Part shown: positions 1-9,116 of the stretch, one piece after another | Position numbering within the stretch: position 1 is the first letter of the stretch | Layout: the number at the start of each line of letters is the position of its first letter | Virus record (IMG/VR): IMGVR_UViG_3300045918_000157 | Coordinates: 1-64,000 of that record | DNA from: a virus | DNA: 64,000 bases | Direction: 5' to 3' (one strand) | Notes under the pieces: model-generated | What the model was told of the DNA's origin: nothing | What the model saw: only the letters and a program-made list of their open reading frames with translations | Databases searched by the model: none | Made by a program: the position numbers and the translations under genes

Positions 1-40
1 ACACGCATATCGAGTGGGATAGATTGGGTATCAAGTGGTT

Positions 41-202
41 TCATGGATAGCTCCTTTCAAGTTTCAATGCCTGCTTACGCAAGCTCTTTGGGCCTAGCAC
101 ACGGATGCTAGGCCCGTTGCCTATCACTGTAGGCTGGATTGGCCGCACATGATTCTTACCTATGTGCGGGACGTACTTGTGCTTTTCCCTTGCTGCGCCC
201 AC
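41..202 (-). CDS. small hypothetical early protein (about 53 aa)
   Basis: 3' part of ORF 41..283. A GTG at 202 directly follows the stop of the upstream gene, and its stop overlaps the next ATG (44), which has a GAAAGGAG RBS. Confidence 0.45.
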   Translation of the reverse strand: MGAAREKHKYVPHIGKNHVRPIQPTVIGNGPSIRVLGPKSLRKQALKLERSYP

Positions 203-204
203 GA

Positions 205-423
205 TTAAGCCCTTGCGTCCATGACAGCCAGTTCCTCTGCCGTGGGGTAACGCAGGCCCGTGAAGGGGCACAGAAGGCCGCACAGAGCGTCTTCATTGGG
301 TAGGTACACGCGCTTGTGTGCGATAGCGTCCACGAATTCAATGACGGTGATTAAACCGCCTTGCAGTTGGTTGATCAAGGCGTTAATTTCAGCGCCCACG
401 ACATCAAGTTGTTGCTGTTGCAT
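205..423 (-). CDS. hypothetical early protein
   Basis: 72-aa ORF with AAAGGA Shine-Dalgarno upstream, same strand as the other early genes. Confidence 0.7.
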   Translation of the reverse strand: MQQQQLDVVGAEINALINQLQGGLITVIEFVDAIAHKRVYLPNEDALCGLLCPFTGLRYPTAEELAVMDARA

Positions 424-456
424 ACATAGTTCCTTTTAAGTCAGTTAGCACACTAC

Positions 457-498
457 TAACTCAGTTAGGCCCACGTAAACGTAGACCTAAGAGAGTTA
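457..498 (-). promoter_or_regulatory. long stem-loop with 2x2 internal loop, RNase III-site-like
   Basis: Minus strand reads TAACTC-TC-TTAGGTCTACG-TTTA-CGTGGGCCTAA-CT-GAGTTA. Both imperfect pairs are G-U on the minus strand. It lies just 5' of an early gene. Confidence 0.5.
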
Positions 499-1454
499 CT
501 AAAGTAACTAAAGCAGGGCGCACGCCCTTCCTGTCTGCGATAGCAGCTTATTTGACACGCGCCGCCGCCTACACCCAAGAATTTTTCGGGGTGTAGGCAG
601 GGGTCGCATATCGGTTGGTTAACAGCCTATTCAACGGGCTGCGATACGTTACGGAGCATTCTTTCTGTCCGTTAGTCTAGAGGTACACGCGCCTCTACCC
701 GCGATAAAGTGATTGTTAGTCACACCCCATCTGTTTATTTATCAACCGCTTGGCGTAGGTTTACATCAAGGAGCCTATGTATTTTTCACTGCAGCCGCAA
801 GATACAGTTATCCGTTCATAGGCCAAAAGATGGTCAGCATTGCTGTGACTACACGTTACCGCGCATCCGTCTTTATTAACTACGTTATTAGTCGTTGAGG
901 CTATCCATTGACGCGCAAATTTAGGCGCCGGGAATAGTCGAACCGCCGGGGTTGGCGATGCTACGTAAACTGCGTCACGTTGTTTTGAGTCGTTATAACC
1001 TGTAGGGAATATTATGTGTGTATGGGCGTCTGGAACCGTCCATTGGTTCAAATACTGGTATCAGTGTTATTAAATTCTGTAGGTTTACACGGCAGGGACT
1101 AGCACAGACAGCTTAATTTGAGGCTGTCTACAGCTAAGTGATAGGGTGTACGTTACAAAGGCCGATTATTTACGCGGATTGGCTGGGTTTGTAGCTGGCT
1201 CATATTATCGTAAGTTATCTGTCAGTATTTTTATGCGTGGTGCGTCATGCGCTGTTTCCGGCGCTTTTCGCTGTGCTGTTTCCGGCACCCATGCCGCATA
1301 GGCGTAGTTATGGCCTTGCAACTGATTTTTAACTTTAGATTTTTAATGAGTGGCGAAGATTGCGAAGCTTGCTCTTTCGGACATGCTCACGCCGCACTGT
1401 TACGGTGCATCGTTCTGTGCGCGTCTGTAATCAGACGCTACTTATAGCGGGTTG

Positions 1455-1516
1455 CGCTATCTGCAAAGCCCGTGCAAGGCTTTGCAGATAGCGACCTAGT
1501 ACGGTACTAGGTCGCT
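1455..1516. repeat. two overlapping perfect inverted repeats (16 bp and 13 bp arms)
   Basis: CGCTATCTGCAAAGCC (1455-1470) / GGCTTTGCAGATAGCG (1478-1493), and AGCGACCTAGTAC (1490-1502) / GTACTAGGTCGCT (1504-1516). Confidence 0.9.
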
Positions 1517-1522
1517 GTTCGT

Positions 1523-2116
1523 TTAGGCGGCTTGCGTGGCGTCTGGTGCGGGTGCGGTTGCGTCTGGTGCGGTTGCGTCTGGTGCAAGACCACTGGCCAG
1601 CAAAGCCGCGTCTGTCTCTGCCTTCAACCGTGCGGATTCATGAGCATCGCTTAAGCGGTTGACGTTTTCAACCACTTGCAACAATTCCGTAATAAGGGCG
1701 TCTGCCTTTTCGGCGGCTTTATCGCCTTCAGCGCGTTTCTCATCGCCGTAGGCGTCTGTAAGGCAGAGTTGCACGTAAGCGATGACGCCCTTACGACCTT
1801 TCATATAGTGGGTGCTCAGTTTGTCGCGGTTAAGGTTGCGCAAGCCAAAACGATTGGCAAGCATGGTAAGTAAGTCGCCCCAATTAGCAACCGTATCCCC
1901 TGACAGAATAGCCCCCATTGTGGGCGTAAGGTCGCGAAGGGCAGACTGCGCAGTAGTTTGCAGCGCACCTTTTGACATGGCAACCGCTAGCACGGTTGCG
2001 CTTGATGCGGTGCGCAACAGAGTTGCGGCTTTATCCGCGTTTTTACTGACCTTTCCTGACTTAGCAGACGCAATAGCATGGATTGTCAGGACGGACGGGA
2101 TAGCGATGGTGTTCAT
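1523..2116 (-). CDS. hypothetical early protein, first gene of the leftward transcript
   Basis: 197-aa Ala-rich ORF with C-terminal APDAT repeats, downstream of a sigma70-like promoter. Confidence 0.8.
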   Translation of the reverse strand: MNTIAIPSVLTIHAIASAKSGKVSKNADKAATLLRTASSATVLAVAMSKGALQTTAQSALRDLTPTMGAILSGDTVANWGDLLTMLANRFGLRNLNRDKLSTHYMKGRKGVIAYVQLCLTDAYGDEKRAEGDKAAEKADALITELLQVVENVNRLSDAHESARLKAETDAALLASGLAPDATAPDATAPAPDATQAA

Positions 2117-2202
2117 TTTGAGCCTTTGAAGTGGTTGAAAAGTATGGGCGTAGTTATAGCCCTAAGTGGCAAGTCTGTAATCAGTCTCTCGCCACTGGCT
2201 AT

Positions 2203-2232
2203 ATTATGGCACGGTTATCTAAGGCTATACAA
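2203..2232 (-). promoter_or_regulatory. sigma70-type early promoter
   Basis: Minus strand TTGTAT-18 nt-CATAAT with a TG extended -10 element. Confidence 0.55.
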
Positions 2233-2871
2233 GCTAATTGATAACGGCAAGTGTAAGACATTGTAACCTAGGCCCTTACTTGCGATTACACTAAAACCCT
2301 TACATGAGACTGACACCTAAAACCTACCATGCTAAACTTACATAGGACTGACATCGCGATTCATACCATAAGATGCTTACGGGAAACTGACACCGGAACT
2401 GACAGTGGGATTGTGATGGAAACAATAGGGGTAAACCCCTATAGGTTGACGTATAGGGTTTGCGGTTTATTGGCACGGAAAGTGCCCGCTAGAGGCCTTC
2501 GCCTAATAGAATTTTTCTCCAAAACTTTCCCCAACTACCTTAAAATAGCACCTAAAAATGACACCTAAAACACGTTAAAAATCGAAAAATTTTAAAAAAT
2601 TGACCATTTTACCGAGATATTTGTAACAAAACGTACAAAAACTAGTAAAATAAGCTGATATTGCTAATTTCTCAGCACTAAAGAAAAACCAGCTAAACGA
2701 CCCCTATATCGCCAAAAATCCCTGATAGAACCCTAAAGACTTGTCCTAAAGGTACTACAGTGAGTACTAAGTAAGTCCTTAAGCAGAGAAGCCTAGTGAG
2801 CTTGACGTAGATCAAAAATCACAAGACATAAAAGACTTCTGCTAATATGGTAACTCCTATACTGGCGCTAA

Positions 2872-2890
2872 GTCCAATAAAATATTGGAC
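2872..2890. promoter_or_regulatory. palindromic operator-like site abutting the regulator start codon
   Basis: GTCCAATA-AAA-TATTGGAC immediately before ATG 2891. Confidence 0.55.
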
Positions 2891-3337
2891 ATGCAATATC
2901 CGTCATTCTGGCCAAAGCCCAACATACACAAGCCCGGTTCTCTACAGAGTAGGATCACCGAGCAGCAGAAAATGGACTTGTTCAACAGAATCATTACAAC
3001 AAGGGCACTTGCCAGGCAACTTGGAGTACATGAGACTTACTTATCGTACAAGTTTTTTACTAAAATACAGATCATAGACAAGAGGCCTATGATTGAAGGT
3101 AGAAAGTTATTCAAGCTTGAGATTGCTATAGATGTGTTGAAAGGCAAACATACAATTCAGGAGGCTGCAAATATAGCCTTCGTCAGCTACAACACCATGC
3201 AGCGCTTCTTGCAGAAAGCGAAGAAGCGCCGTCCTGAGCTTATACAAGGGTACGTAGCGATAGTGCTTGCTCAGAAACAATTAACAATACAGAAAGCCAG
3301 AGATGCACGAAAGTCTTGCACCCCCTCCCAAAGCTGA
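2891..3337 (+). CDS. putative DNA-binding protein / transcriptional regulator with two HTH-like segments
   Basis: Basic protein with TTRALARQLGVHETYLS and TIQEAANIAFVSYNTMQRFL HTH-like motifs. First gene of the late arm. Confidence 0.6.
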   Translation: MQYPSFWPKPNIHKPGSLQSRITEQQKMDLFNRIITTRALARQLGVHETYLSYKFFTKIQIIDKRPMIEGRKLFKLEIAIDVLKGKHTIQEAANIAFVSYNTMQRFLQKAKKRRPELIQGYVAIVLAQKQLTIQKARDARKSCTPSQS

Positions 3338-3659
3338 TAAACCGAAAGAAGAAGAAGAAGTAGTTTTTTCTCCAGTAGTAGCGCTTGAAGAGCTTGATCT
3401 GGCAGATGAGCTATATTCTCACTATATAGCTGCAAGGCGCATGTTTGAGGCATCAAAGAAGGAGCCTTTAAACCAGAGAGCGCAGACGATTAACAGTGTT
3501 GTTAATGTGCTTGGAAGGATAGCGACTATCCGAACTGAGCTATTTAACTCTGAGCGCATGAAAAAGATGGAAGAAGTCTTGATAAAAGTTCTAAAGGACT
3601 TTCCAGAAGTTAGTGAAAGTTTTATAACTGCCTACGAAGAGGCACTCAGTGAAGTCTGA
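3303..3659 (+). CDS. terS: putative terminase small subunit
   Basis: 118-aa helical protein overlapping the start of TerL; positional call. Confidence 0.55.
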   Translation: MHESLAPPPKADKPKEEEEVVFSPVVALEELDLADELYSHYIAARRMFEASKKEPLNQRAQTINSVVNVLGRIATIRTELFNSERMKKMEEVLIKVLKDFPEVSESFITAYEEALSEV

Positions 3660-5331
3660 GCATCTACAGAGAATTAAGGATGGTGTTCGCAATGTCTACA
3701 ACTTACAGAACTTGGCGGCGTATGTAGAAAAGAGCATTATGCTTGAGGGTGGGCACTTCAGCTTTGGTACACGCTATGGCTACCAAAAAGACATTCTGAA
3801 TGATACCTCAAGGGTAAATAACACGGTTAAGCCAGCACAGATCGGCTTGACTATCACGACTATGGCCTACGCTGTGGCCGCTGCTTGTACACAAAAGAAG
3901 TTTAACAGTATCTACGCATTACCTACTGCGGGAGATGCAAACAAGCTTGTAACTACAAAGCTTAATCCTCTGATAGATAACAGCCCTATAGTTAGACGCT
4001 TGGTTAACGTTAATGTGCACTCGATGGAGTTGAAAGAGATAAATAAGAACTTTATCTTTATACGTGGTACCAAGTCAGATACAGCGGCACTCTCTATTAG
4101 TGCAGACTGCTTGATAGTTGATGAGATTGATCGCTGTGATCCAGACGTAGTAAAGCAATTCAGGTCACGCTTGCAGGCGTCAGACTTGCAAATTGTAAGG
4201 CAGTTCAGTACGCCTACCATAAATGGTGTGGGAATTACGAAGGAAACTGAAACTAGTAAGCGTATGCGCCACATGGCTGAGTGTGGGTGCTGTGGCCATA
4301 AGTGGTTGCCTAGTTACCACAATGATATTGTTATTCCGGGATATGACCAAGATTTAGAGTTGATTACAAAAGTCAGTCTTAAGGATATTAGATGGAGAGA
4401 GGCTCACTGGACTTGCCCTTCCTGCGGTAACGACCCAGATTTACACCCTGAGAGGCTTGAATGGGTATGTGAGAATCCAGACGATAACTATGAGGCGCAT
4501 AGTTACTTTATCACGCCGGTAACTGCGTGTCTTGTGCTTGTTCCATCTTACCTTGTTAGAACCTCTACTGAGTATAATACTAGATCAGAGTGGATGAATC
4601 AGGTGCTTGGCGAGACTAGCGAAAACAAGAACGAGCAGATTACGCTGGATGATATTCTAAAGAGTACAGTTGAAGTGTCCTTGGATAGTTCGGAAGTACA
4701 TGTCATGGGCTTCGACATGGGCTTGCTATGCGCCGTGTGTATCGGTAGAATTAATACGGCAGGCTTGATTATAGTGGTACATCGGGAGATGGTGCCAATA
4801 TCTATTTGGGAGACTAGAAGACTTGAACTTATAAAGAAATATAGGGTTGTAGCATCTGTACATGACGTATACCCGTATACAACTGAAGTTATGAAGGTGT
4901 GTGAGTACGACACCAATGCTTATGGTGCTGTATTTGCGTCGGCTAAAACTGTGCAGTTGTATACACTTCAAGAGAAGACACCGGATGCAGAAGAAGGGAA
5001 GCTCAATCTTCGGCTACTCAAGGTTAATAGAACCATGATGCTTGACGAAACGATGGCGGCGTTCAAAACCTCATCTTTGATAATGACAAAGGCTCTGGTA
5101 GACTATAACAGCCATTACACTTCACTTAAGCGAACTCAGGTGTTCGTCAAAGACGAACTTGTGTGGCTATGGCAAAAGACAGGTACACAGGTGGACCACC
5201 AGCACTTTGCACTTGGTTACATGCTGCTGGCTTGGCAGATGCGTACACGGCAGACTTGGGTTAGCAATGCAGTGGCTTTGGTTACAAGCTTCAGGTTGAA
5301 GCCTCCACTAACGACACCAATAAATAGATAG
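3649..5331 (+). CDS. terL: terminase large subunit, lambda gpA-like family
   Basis: KPAQIGLT Walker A variant, IVDEID Walker B, STPT motif, CxxC...CPSCG Zn motif, GFDMG nuclease Asp. Confidence 0.92.
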   Translation: MKSEHLQRIKDGVRNVYNLQNLAAYVEKSIMLEGGHFSFGTRYGYQKDILNDTSRVNNTVKPAQIGLTITTMAYAVAAACTQKKFNSIYALPTAGDANKLVTTKLNPLIDNSPIVRRLVNVNVHSMELKEINKNFIFIRGTKSDTAALSISADCLIVDEIDRCDPDVVKQFRSRLQASDLQIVRQFSTPTINGVGITKETETSKRMRHMAECGCCGHKWLPSYHNDIVIPGYDQDLELITKVSLKDIRWREAHWTCPSCGNDPDLHPERLEWVCENPDDNYEAHSYFITPVTACLVLVPSYLVRTSTEYNTRSEWMNQVLGETSENKNEQITLDDILKSTVEVSLDSSEVHVMGFDMGLLCAVCIGRINTAGLIIVVHREMVPISIWETRRLELIKKYRVVASVHDVYPYTTEVMKVCEYDTNAYGAVFASAKTVQLYTLQEKTPDAEEGKLNLRLLKVNRTMMLDETMAAFKTSSLIMTKALVDYNSHYTSLKRTQVFVKDELVWLWQKTGTQVDHQHFALGYMLLAWQMRTRQTWVSNAVALVTSFRLKPPLTTPINR

Positions 5332-5409
5332 TCCTATCAAGATAGTTACCGGCCTCCGGTAGAATCCCAACCCAACGGGTTGGGAAGTCTGACCCTAAAG
5401 GACACTGCT

Positions 5410-6939
5410 ATGGGCTATTTCCAGAGAATGATGTTGGTGCTTGGCCGGAATGCACCACGCTTCGTTGACGAAGAAGAAGCAGGGTTTAGTGCTAAGATCG
5501 GAAGTGGTAATGGCGCTTTGCCACCGTTTGCACTACCGAAGCCGCCTAAGGGCGGTGTCAGCGTACCAGCATATAGAACTTCTGTTGTTGCGTCATCGGC
5601 GGCGCTTCGTAGGGTAGACAGAAACCTTGCCAGTTCTGATAGGCTGGAAGCGAGAAATGCAGGTGATACGAGAAAGGTCATGCGGAGCCTTGTCAAGGCT
5701 TCACCAGACTTGTCTAGTGCGGTATCTTTTCTGCTCCGCACTGGTATTCCAGAAAGGTTTTCTGTAGCTGCCCGTAATATGGACGGTACTATTAATCCAG
5801 AGGCTTCTGGATTAGCGTCTGAGCTTCTACGGCGTTTGACTTACCTTGGCAATGTAGATGGAAGCTTCGGACCGCAGAAAGGCTTACAGACGCTCAGTGA
5901 AGAGCTTGGCTTGGAGTTGATACTAGACGGTGCTGCCTGCCTTGAGGTTGCGCTTGATAAGGCTAGGGTGCCTGCAAGCTTTAACCCGGTGTCTGTTACG
6001 ACTCTTATTATGTTTGACGAAGATAATTCGTTCAAGCTTAAGCAGAGGATCGGTGGGACTGACATCGACCTTGACTTGCCAACGATTATCTACACTACAG
6101 TAGACAACTTGCTTACAGAGGCTTACCCAAGTAGTTACTTGGAGGCTTCTATACAGCCAGTACTTGCTGATGCTGACTTTAACAACGATGTCAGGCGGGC
6201 ACTTAAGCGGGCAGTGCTTCCAAGGTTGACGGCGACCATTGACAGCGAAAAAGTCAAAAAGATGGTGCCTCCAGAGATTCTGGCTGACTCCGACAAGTTT
6301 ACTGCCTACAAGAATGAGTTAATAAGCTCTATCGAGAGATTGATAAACGGCTTGGCTCCAGAAGATGCACTTGTAAGCTTTGATGCGGTTGGTTATGGTT
6401 TTGTTGACGGAGGTCACGATCCTTCTGCAATTATCGAGCGCTTGCAAAAGGTGTTAAATGGCAAGATGGCGGCAGGTGCAAAGACACTACCTGTTATCCT
6501 TGGGCATGGTACAACGTCTAACGCCGCATCTGCAGAAACACTGTTATACATAAAGCAGGCGAACATGCTACGTGTCAAGCTTAACGAGGTATACAGCAGA
6601 GCCTTGACAATTGCGACCCGCATCCTTGGGCAGGACGTGTATGTAGAGTTTAAGTACGCTAATATCGAATTGAAGCCAGAAAGTGAGCTTGAGGCATTCA
6701 GGTCGATGGAGCAAAGCAGGGTGCTTGAATTACTTAGTATTGGCTACTTGCCGGATGAAGAAGCTTGCTTACAGCTTACTGGACACCTTCCACCACCCGG
6801 ATTCAAGCCTCTATCAGGAACTATGTTCTTAATGCCGGTAAAAGCAGACCCTAATGGGAACCCCTCGTCAAATACCAGTGCAATAGACCAGACATTGACC
6901 AGTAAAGCGCCAAAGGCCCCAAAAAGTCCAAAGGCTTGA
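5410..6939 (+). CDS. portal protein
   Basis: About 510 aa between TerL and the head protease. ATG 5410 chosen for its AAGGA RBS (ORF track starts at 5380). Confidence 0.8.
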   Translation: MGYFQRMMLVLGRNAPRFVDEEEAGFSAKIGSGNGALPPFALPKPPKGGVSVPAYRTSVVASSAALRRVDRNLASSDRLEARNAGDTRKVMRSLVKASPDLSSAVSFLLRTGIPERFSVAARNMDGTINPEASGLASELLRRLTYLGNVDGSFGPQKGLQTLSEELGLELILDGAACLEVALDKARVPASFNPVSVTTLIMFDEDNSFKLKQRIGGTDIDLDLPTIIYTTVDNLLTEAYPSSYLEASIQPVLADADFNNDVRRALKRAVLPRLTATIDSEKVKKMVPPEILADSDKFTAYKNELISSIERLINGLAPEDALVSFDAVGYGFVDGGHDPSAIIERLQKVLNGKMAAGAKTLPVILGHGTTSNAASAETLLYIKQANMLRVKLNEVYSRALTIATRILGQDVYVEFKYANIELKPESELEAFRSMEQSRVLELLSIGYLPDEEACLQLTGHLPPPGFKPLSGTMFLMPVKADPNGNPSSNTSAIDQTLTSKAPKAPKSPKA

Positions 6940-7047
6940 TGGCACCAAAAGTTATCGAGTAGAAGCGGCAAATGCTCGGAAGTCCAAGATTTTAGGTACG
7001 CTATCTCGCAAATACCACATAAAATTCCAACGCATGAGGAATATGAC

Positions 7048-8586
7048 ATGAAAACAGGACTGCAACTTTGGGCAGGCACACAGCAATCGTATGAGGGGTA
7101 TCTTGAAGGGATGCTCAAAGCAAGGGCTGATGCTGGCTTCAAAGCTGATTTCAACTACGATAGCCAAGTTCTTAGCCAGATTCTCAGCGTTGACAATGGC
7201 GTTGGAGTCATCAATATTGCAGGTTCCCTTGTTGAAGGCAGTGCAGGCTTCGGCGTCTTCTTTGGGATGATCGGCTACAACGACATCAGAAACGCACTTG
7301 CTGCCGCTGTCACCGACCCTGCAGTGCAGTCCATCATGCTCAATATCGGCTCTGGTGGTGGCATGGTAGCTGGTTGCCACGAATGCTCGCAGTTGATTGC
7401 GCGTGTAGACACTATTAAACCTGTAGTTACCTATACAGGGTCTGCGATGGCAAGCGCTGCACTTTGGCTTGGTAGTCAAGGTCAGTATGCCGTAGCGTCT
7501 GAAACTGCAATAGTCGGTAGCATTGGCATTCTAATGGTGCACATGGATAGAAGTCAAGAGCTTGCTCAGGCTGGTATAAAACCCACTATCATTCGTGCAG
7601 GCTCTGAAAAAGCGCTTGCTACTCCTTTTGAGGCCCTGACTGCAGAAGCTAAAGACGCGCTGCAAACTATGGCTAACGACCTCTATGACATTTTCCTTCC
7701 TCAAGTAGCGGCTGGTCGTGGTGTAGCAGTTACAACAGCAGACAAGAAGTTTGGTCAAGGCCGCGAGTTTCTCGGTAAGGCTGCTAAGACAGCGGGACTT
7801 GTTGACGCTGTAGGCACTTATGAGGACGCCATGAAAAAAGCGATGGCGCTCATGAAAAAAGCAAAGACGACAGCCTCTGCGTCTAGGGGCATAGGTGCTA
7901 CCAACAATAGCAATGTCCAAGCACAGGCATCGACTGGTACTGTCCTTCTGGCCGATAATCTCACCAATCATTTAGGAACCTCAATGAAAACACAAACCCT
8001 CTCAGCTGAACAACTTGCCGCGATGGCTGCCGGTGTTGAGCTTGGTGCTGAAAAGACCGAAGAAGAGATTGCTACAGAGTCAGCCGCAGCGGCTGCTGCA
8101 GAACTTGCTAGAGTAACAGCTAGAGAAGCTGATGAAGCTCTAGCTGCCGGTGGTGGTACGACTTCAGTAGCAGCTGTTGCACCACTGGTAAACGAAGCTG
8201 TTGCTCTGTTGAAGGGGATGCTTGCTACTGCTAATCAAGACTTGCTGACTGCTCGCGTGGAGACTGCTACGGCAGTTGCAGCCCTTGCTGCGAATGTTCA
8301 AGCGAACACGGCGGCTGCTACGCAGGCTGCAGCGATGACAGACATTGCTCGCGCCTCTGTTCGCACGATGGGATTACATTTTGGTACTACCGCAGAAGCG
8401 GCTGCAGCGATGACACCAGCAGAAGTACTTGCTGAGCATACCCGGTTATCGGGCTTGTTTAGAGCCAAATTTAAGGTTGGTGGCGTTGCGGCTACCTCCT
8501 TAGGTAAGCCAGAAGCGGACGCTAAGGCTCCGACCATGACTGATCGTGAGCTAGAAATAGCTATCAAGCTTCCACGCGCCAAGTAA
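7048..8586 (+). CDS. head maturation protease (S49/SppA family) fused to scaffold
   Basis: IGSGGG.V.G, MASAALW and VGSIG S49 motifs, followed by an Ala-rich helical C-terminal half. Confidence 0.9.
   Translation: MKTGLQLWAGTQQSYEGYLEGMLKARADAGFKADFNYDSQVLSQILSVDNGVGVINIAGSLVEGSAGFGVFFGMIGYNDIRNALAAAVTDPAVQSIMLNIGSGGGMVAGCHECSQLIARVDTIKPVVTYTGSAMASAALWLGSQGQYAVASETAIVGSIGILMVHMDRSQELAQAGIKPTIIRAGSEKALATPFEALTAEAKDALQTMANDLYDIFLPQVAAGRGVAVTTADKKFGQGREFLGKAAKTAGLVDAVGTYEDAMKKAMALMKKAKTTASASRGIGATNNSNVQAQASTGTVLLADNLTNHLGTSMKTQTLSAEQLAAMAAGVELGAEKTEEEIATESAAAAAAELARVTAREADEALAAGGGTTSVAAVAPLVNEAVALLKGMLATANQDLLTARVETATAVAALAANVQANTAAATQAAAMTDIARASVRTMGLHFGTTAEAAAAMTPAEVLAEHTRLSGLFRAKFKVGGVAATSLGKPEADAKAPTMTDRELEIAIKLPRAK
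7984..8586 (+). CDS. nested in-frame scaffolding protein (lambda Nu3-like)
   Basis: In-frame ATG 7984 preceded by TTAGGA RBS, a GATAAT -10 (7954) and a copy of the recurrent promoter box (7901-7921). Confidence 0.65.
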   Translation: MKTQTLSAEQLAAMAAGVELGAEKTEEEIATESAAAAAAELARVTAREADEALAAGGGTTSVAAVAPLVNEAVALLKGMLATANQDLLTARVETATAVAALAANVQANTAAATQAAAMTDIARASVRTMGLHFGTTAEAAAAMTPAEVLAEHTRLSGLFRAKFKVGGVAATSLGKPEADAKAPTMTDRELEIAIKLPRAK

Positions 8587-8606
8587 TCAATCAAGGGTAA
8601 CACATC

Positions 8607-9089
8607 ATGCCAAAATTTCTCATTTCTGAAACCATCTACAGCGAACGTGTTATGACCGTGCGTGGTGGCACTACGGTACAAAAGCACGACAATGCTGAGA
8701 ACGGAAAAGCCGTTAAGCTTGCTGCCGCTAACAGCTACATACTGGCCGCTCCCGGTGATGCTATCGAAGCTATTCAAGGCTCGTCCAACTTGAACAATCA
8801 AGGGACTGTTGACGGCTTTGCGATTATCGGTATCTACGGCAAGGGCTACAAGAACGTCACTTTTGACGGCCTGCAGCTTACGCCGGGTACGGGTGTTATC
8901 GCTACGGGTGATTTTGTGGTGACAGGAACTGTTGTTCCATTTGGTACTGCTCTTACTGCTCCATTGAAGGTGACTAAAGCGACCACGCAGGCAACTGCCG
9001 GATCGGGTCCGTTCAAAGCGCGTGTGGTCAGTCTTGGTAACGCAAATACGGGTGCTATCGGCACTACCGGCGTTATCGAACTGCTCTAA
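8607..9089 (+). CDS. capsid decoration/cement protein
   Basis: 160-aa Gly/Thr beta-rich protein between protease and capsid. Confidence 0.7.
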   Translation: MPKFLISETIYSERVMTVRGGTTVQKHDNAENGKAVKLAAANSYILAAPGDAIEAIQGSSNLNNQGTVDGFAIIGIYGKGYKNVTFDGLQLTPGTGVIATGDFVVTGTVVPFGTALTAPLKVTKATTQATAGSGPFKARVVSLGNANTGAIGTTGVIELL

Positions 9090-9116
9090 TCAATTTCAGT
9101 TATTCAGGAGCATCTA

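Noticed and set aside
761-1051. 96-aa minus-strand ORF
   Set aside because: TTG start, no clear RBS or motifs, and it lies in a hairpin-rich region; cannot be supported as a gene.
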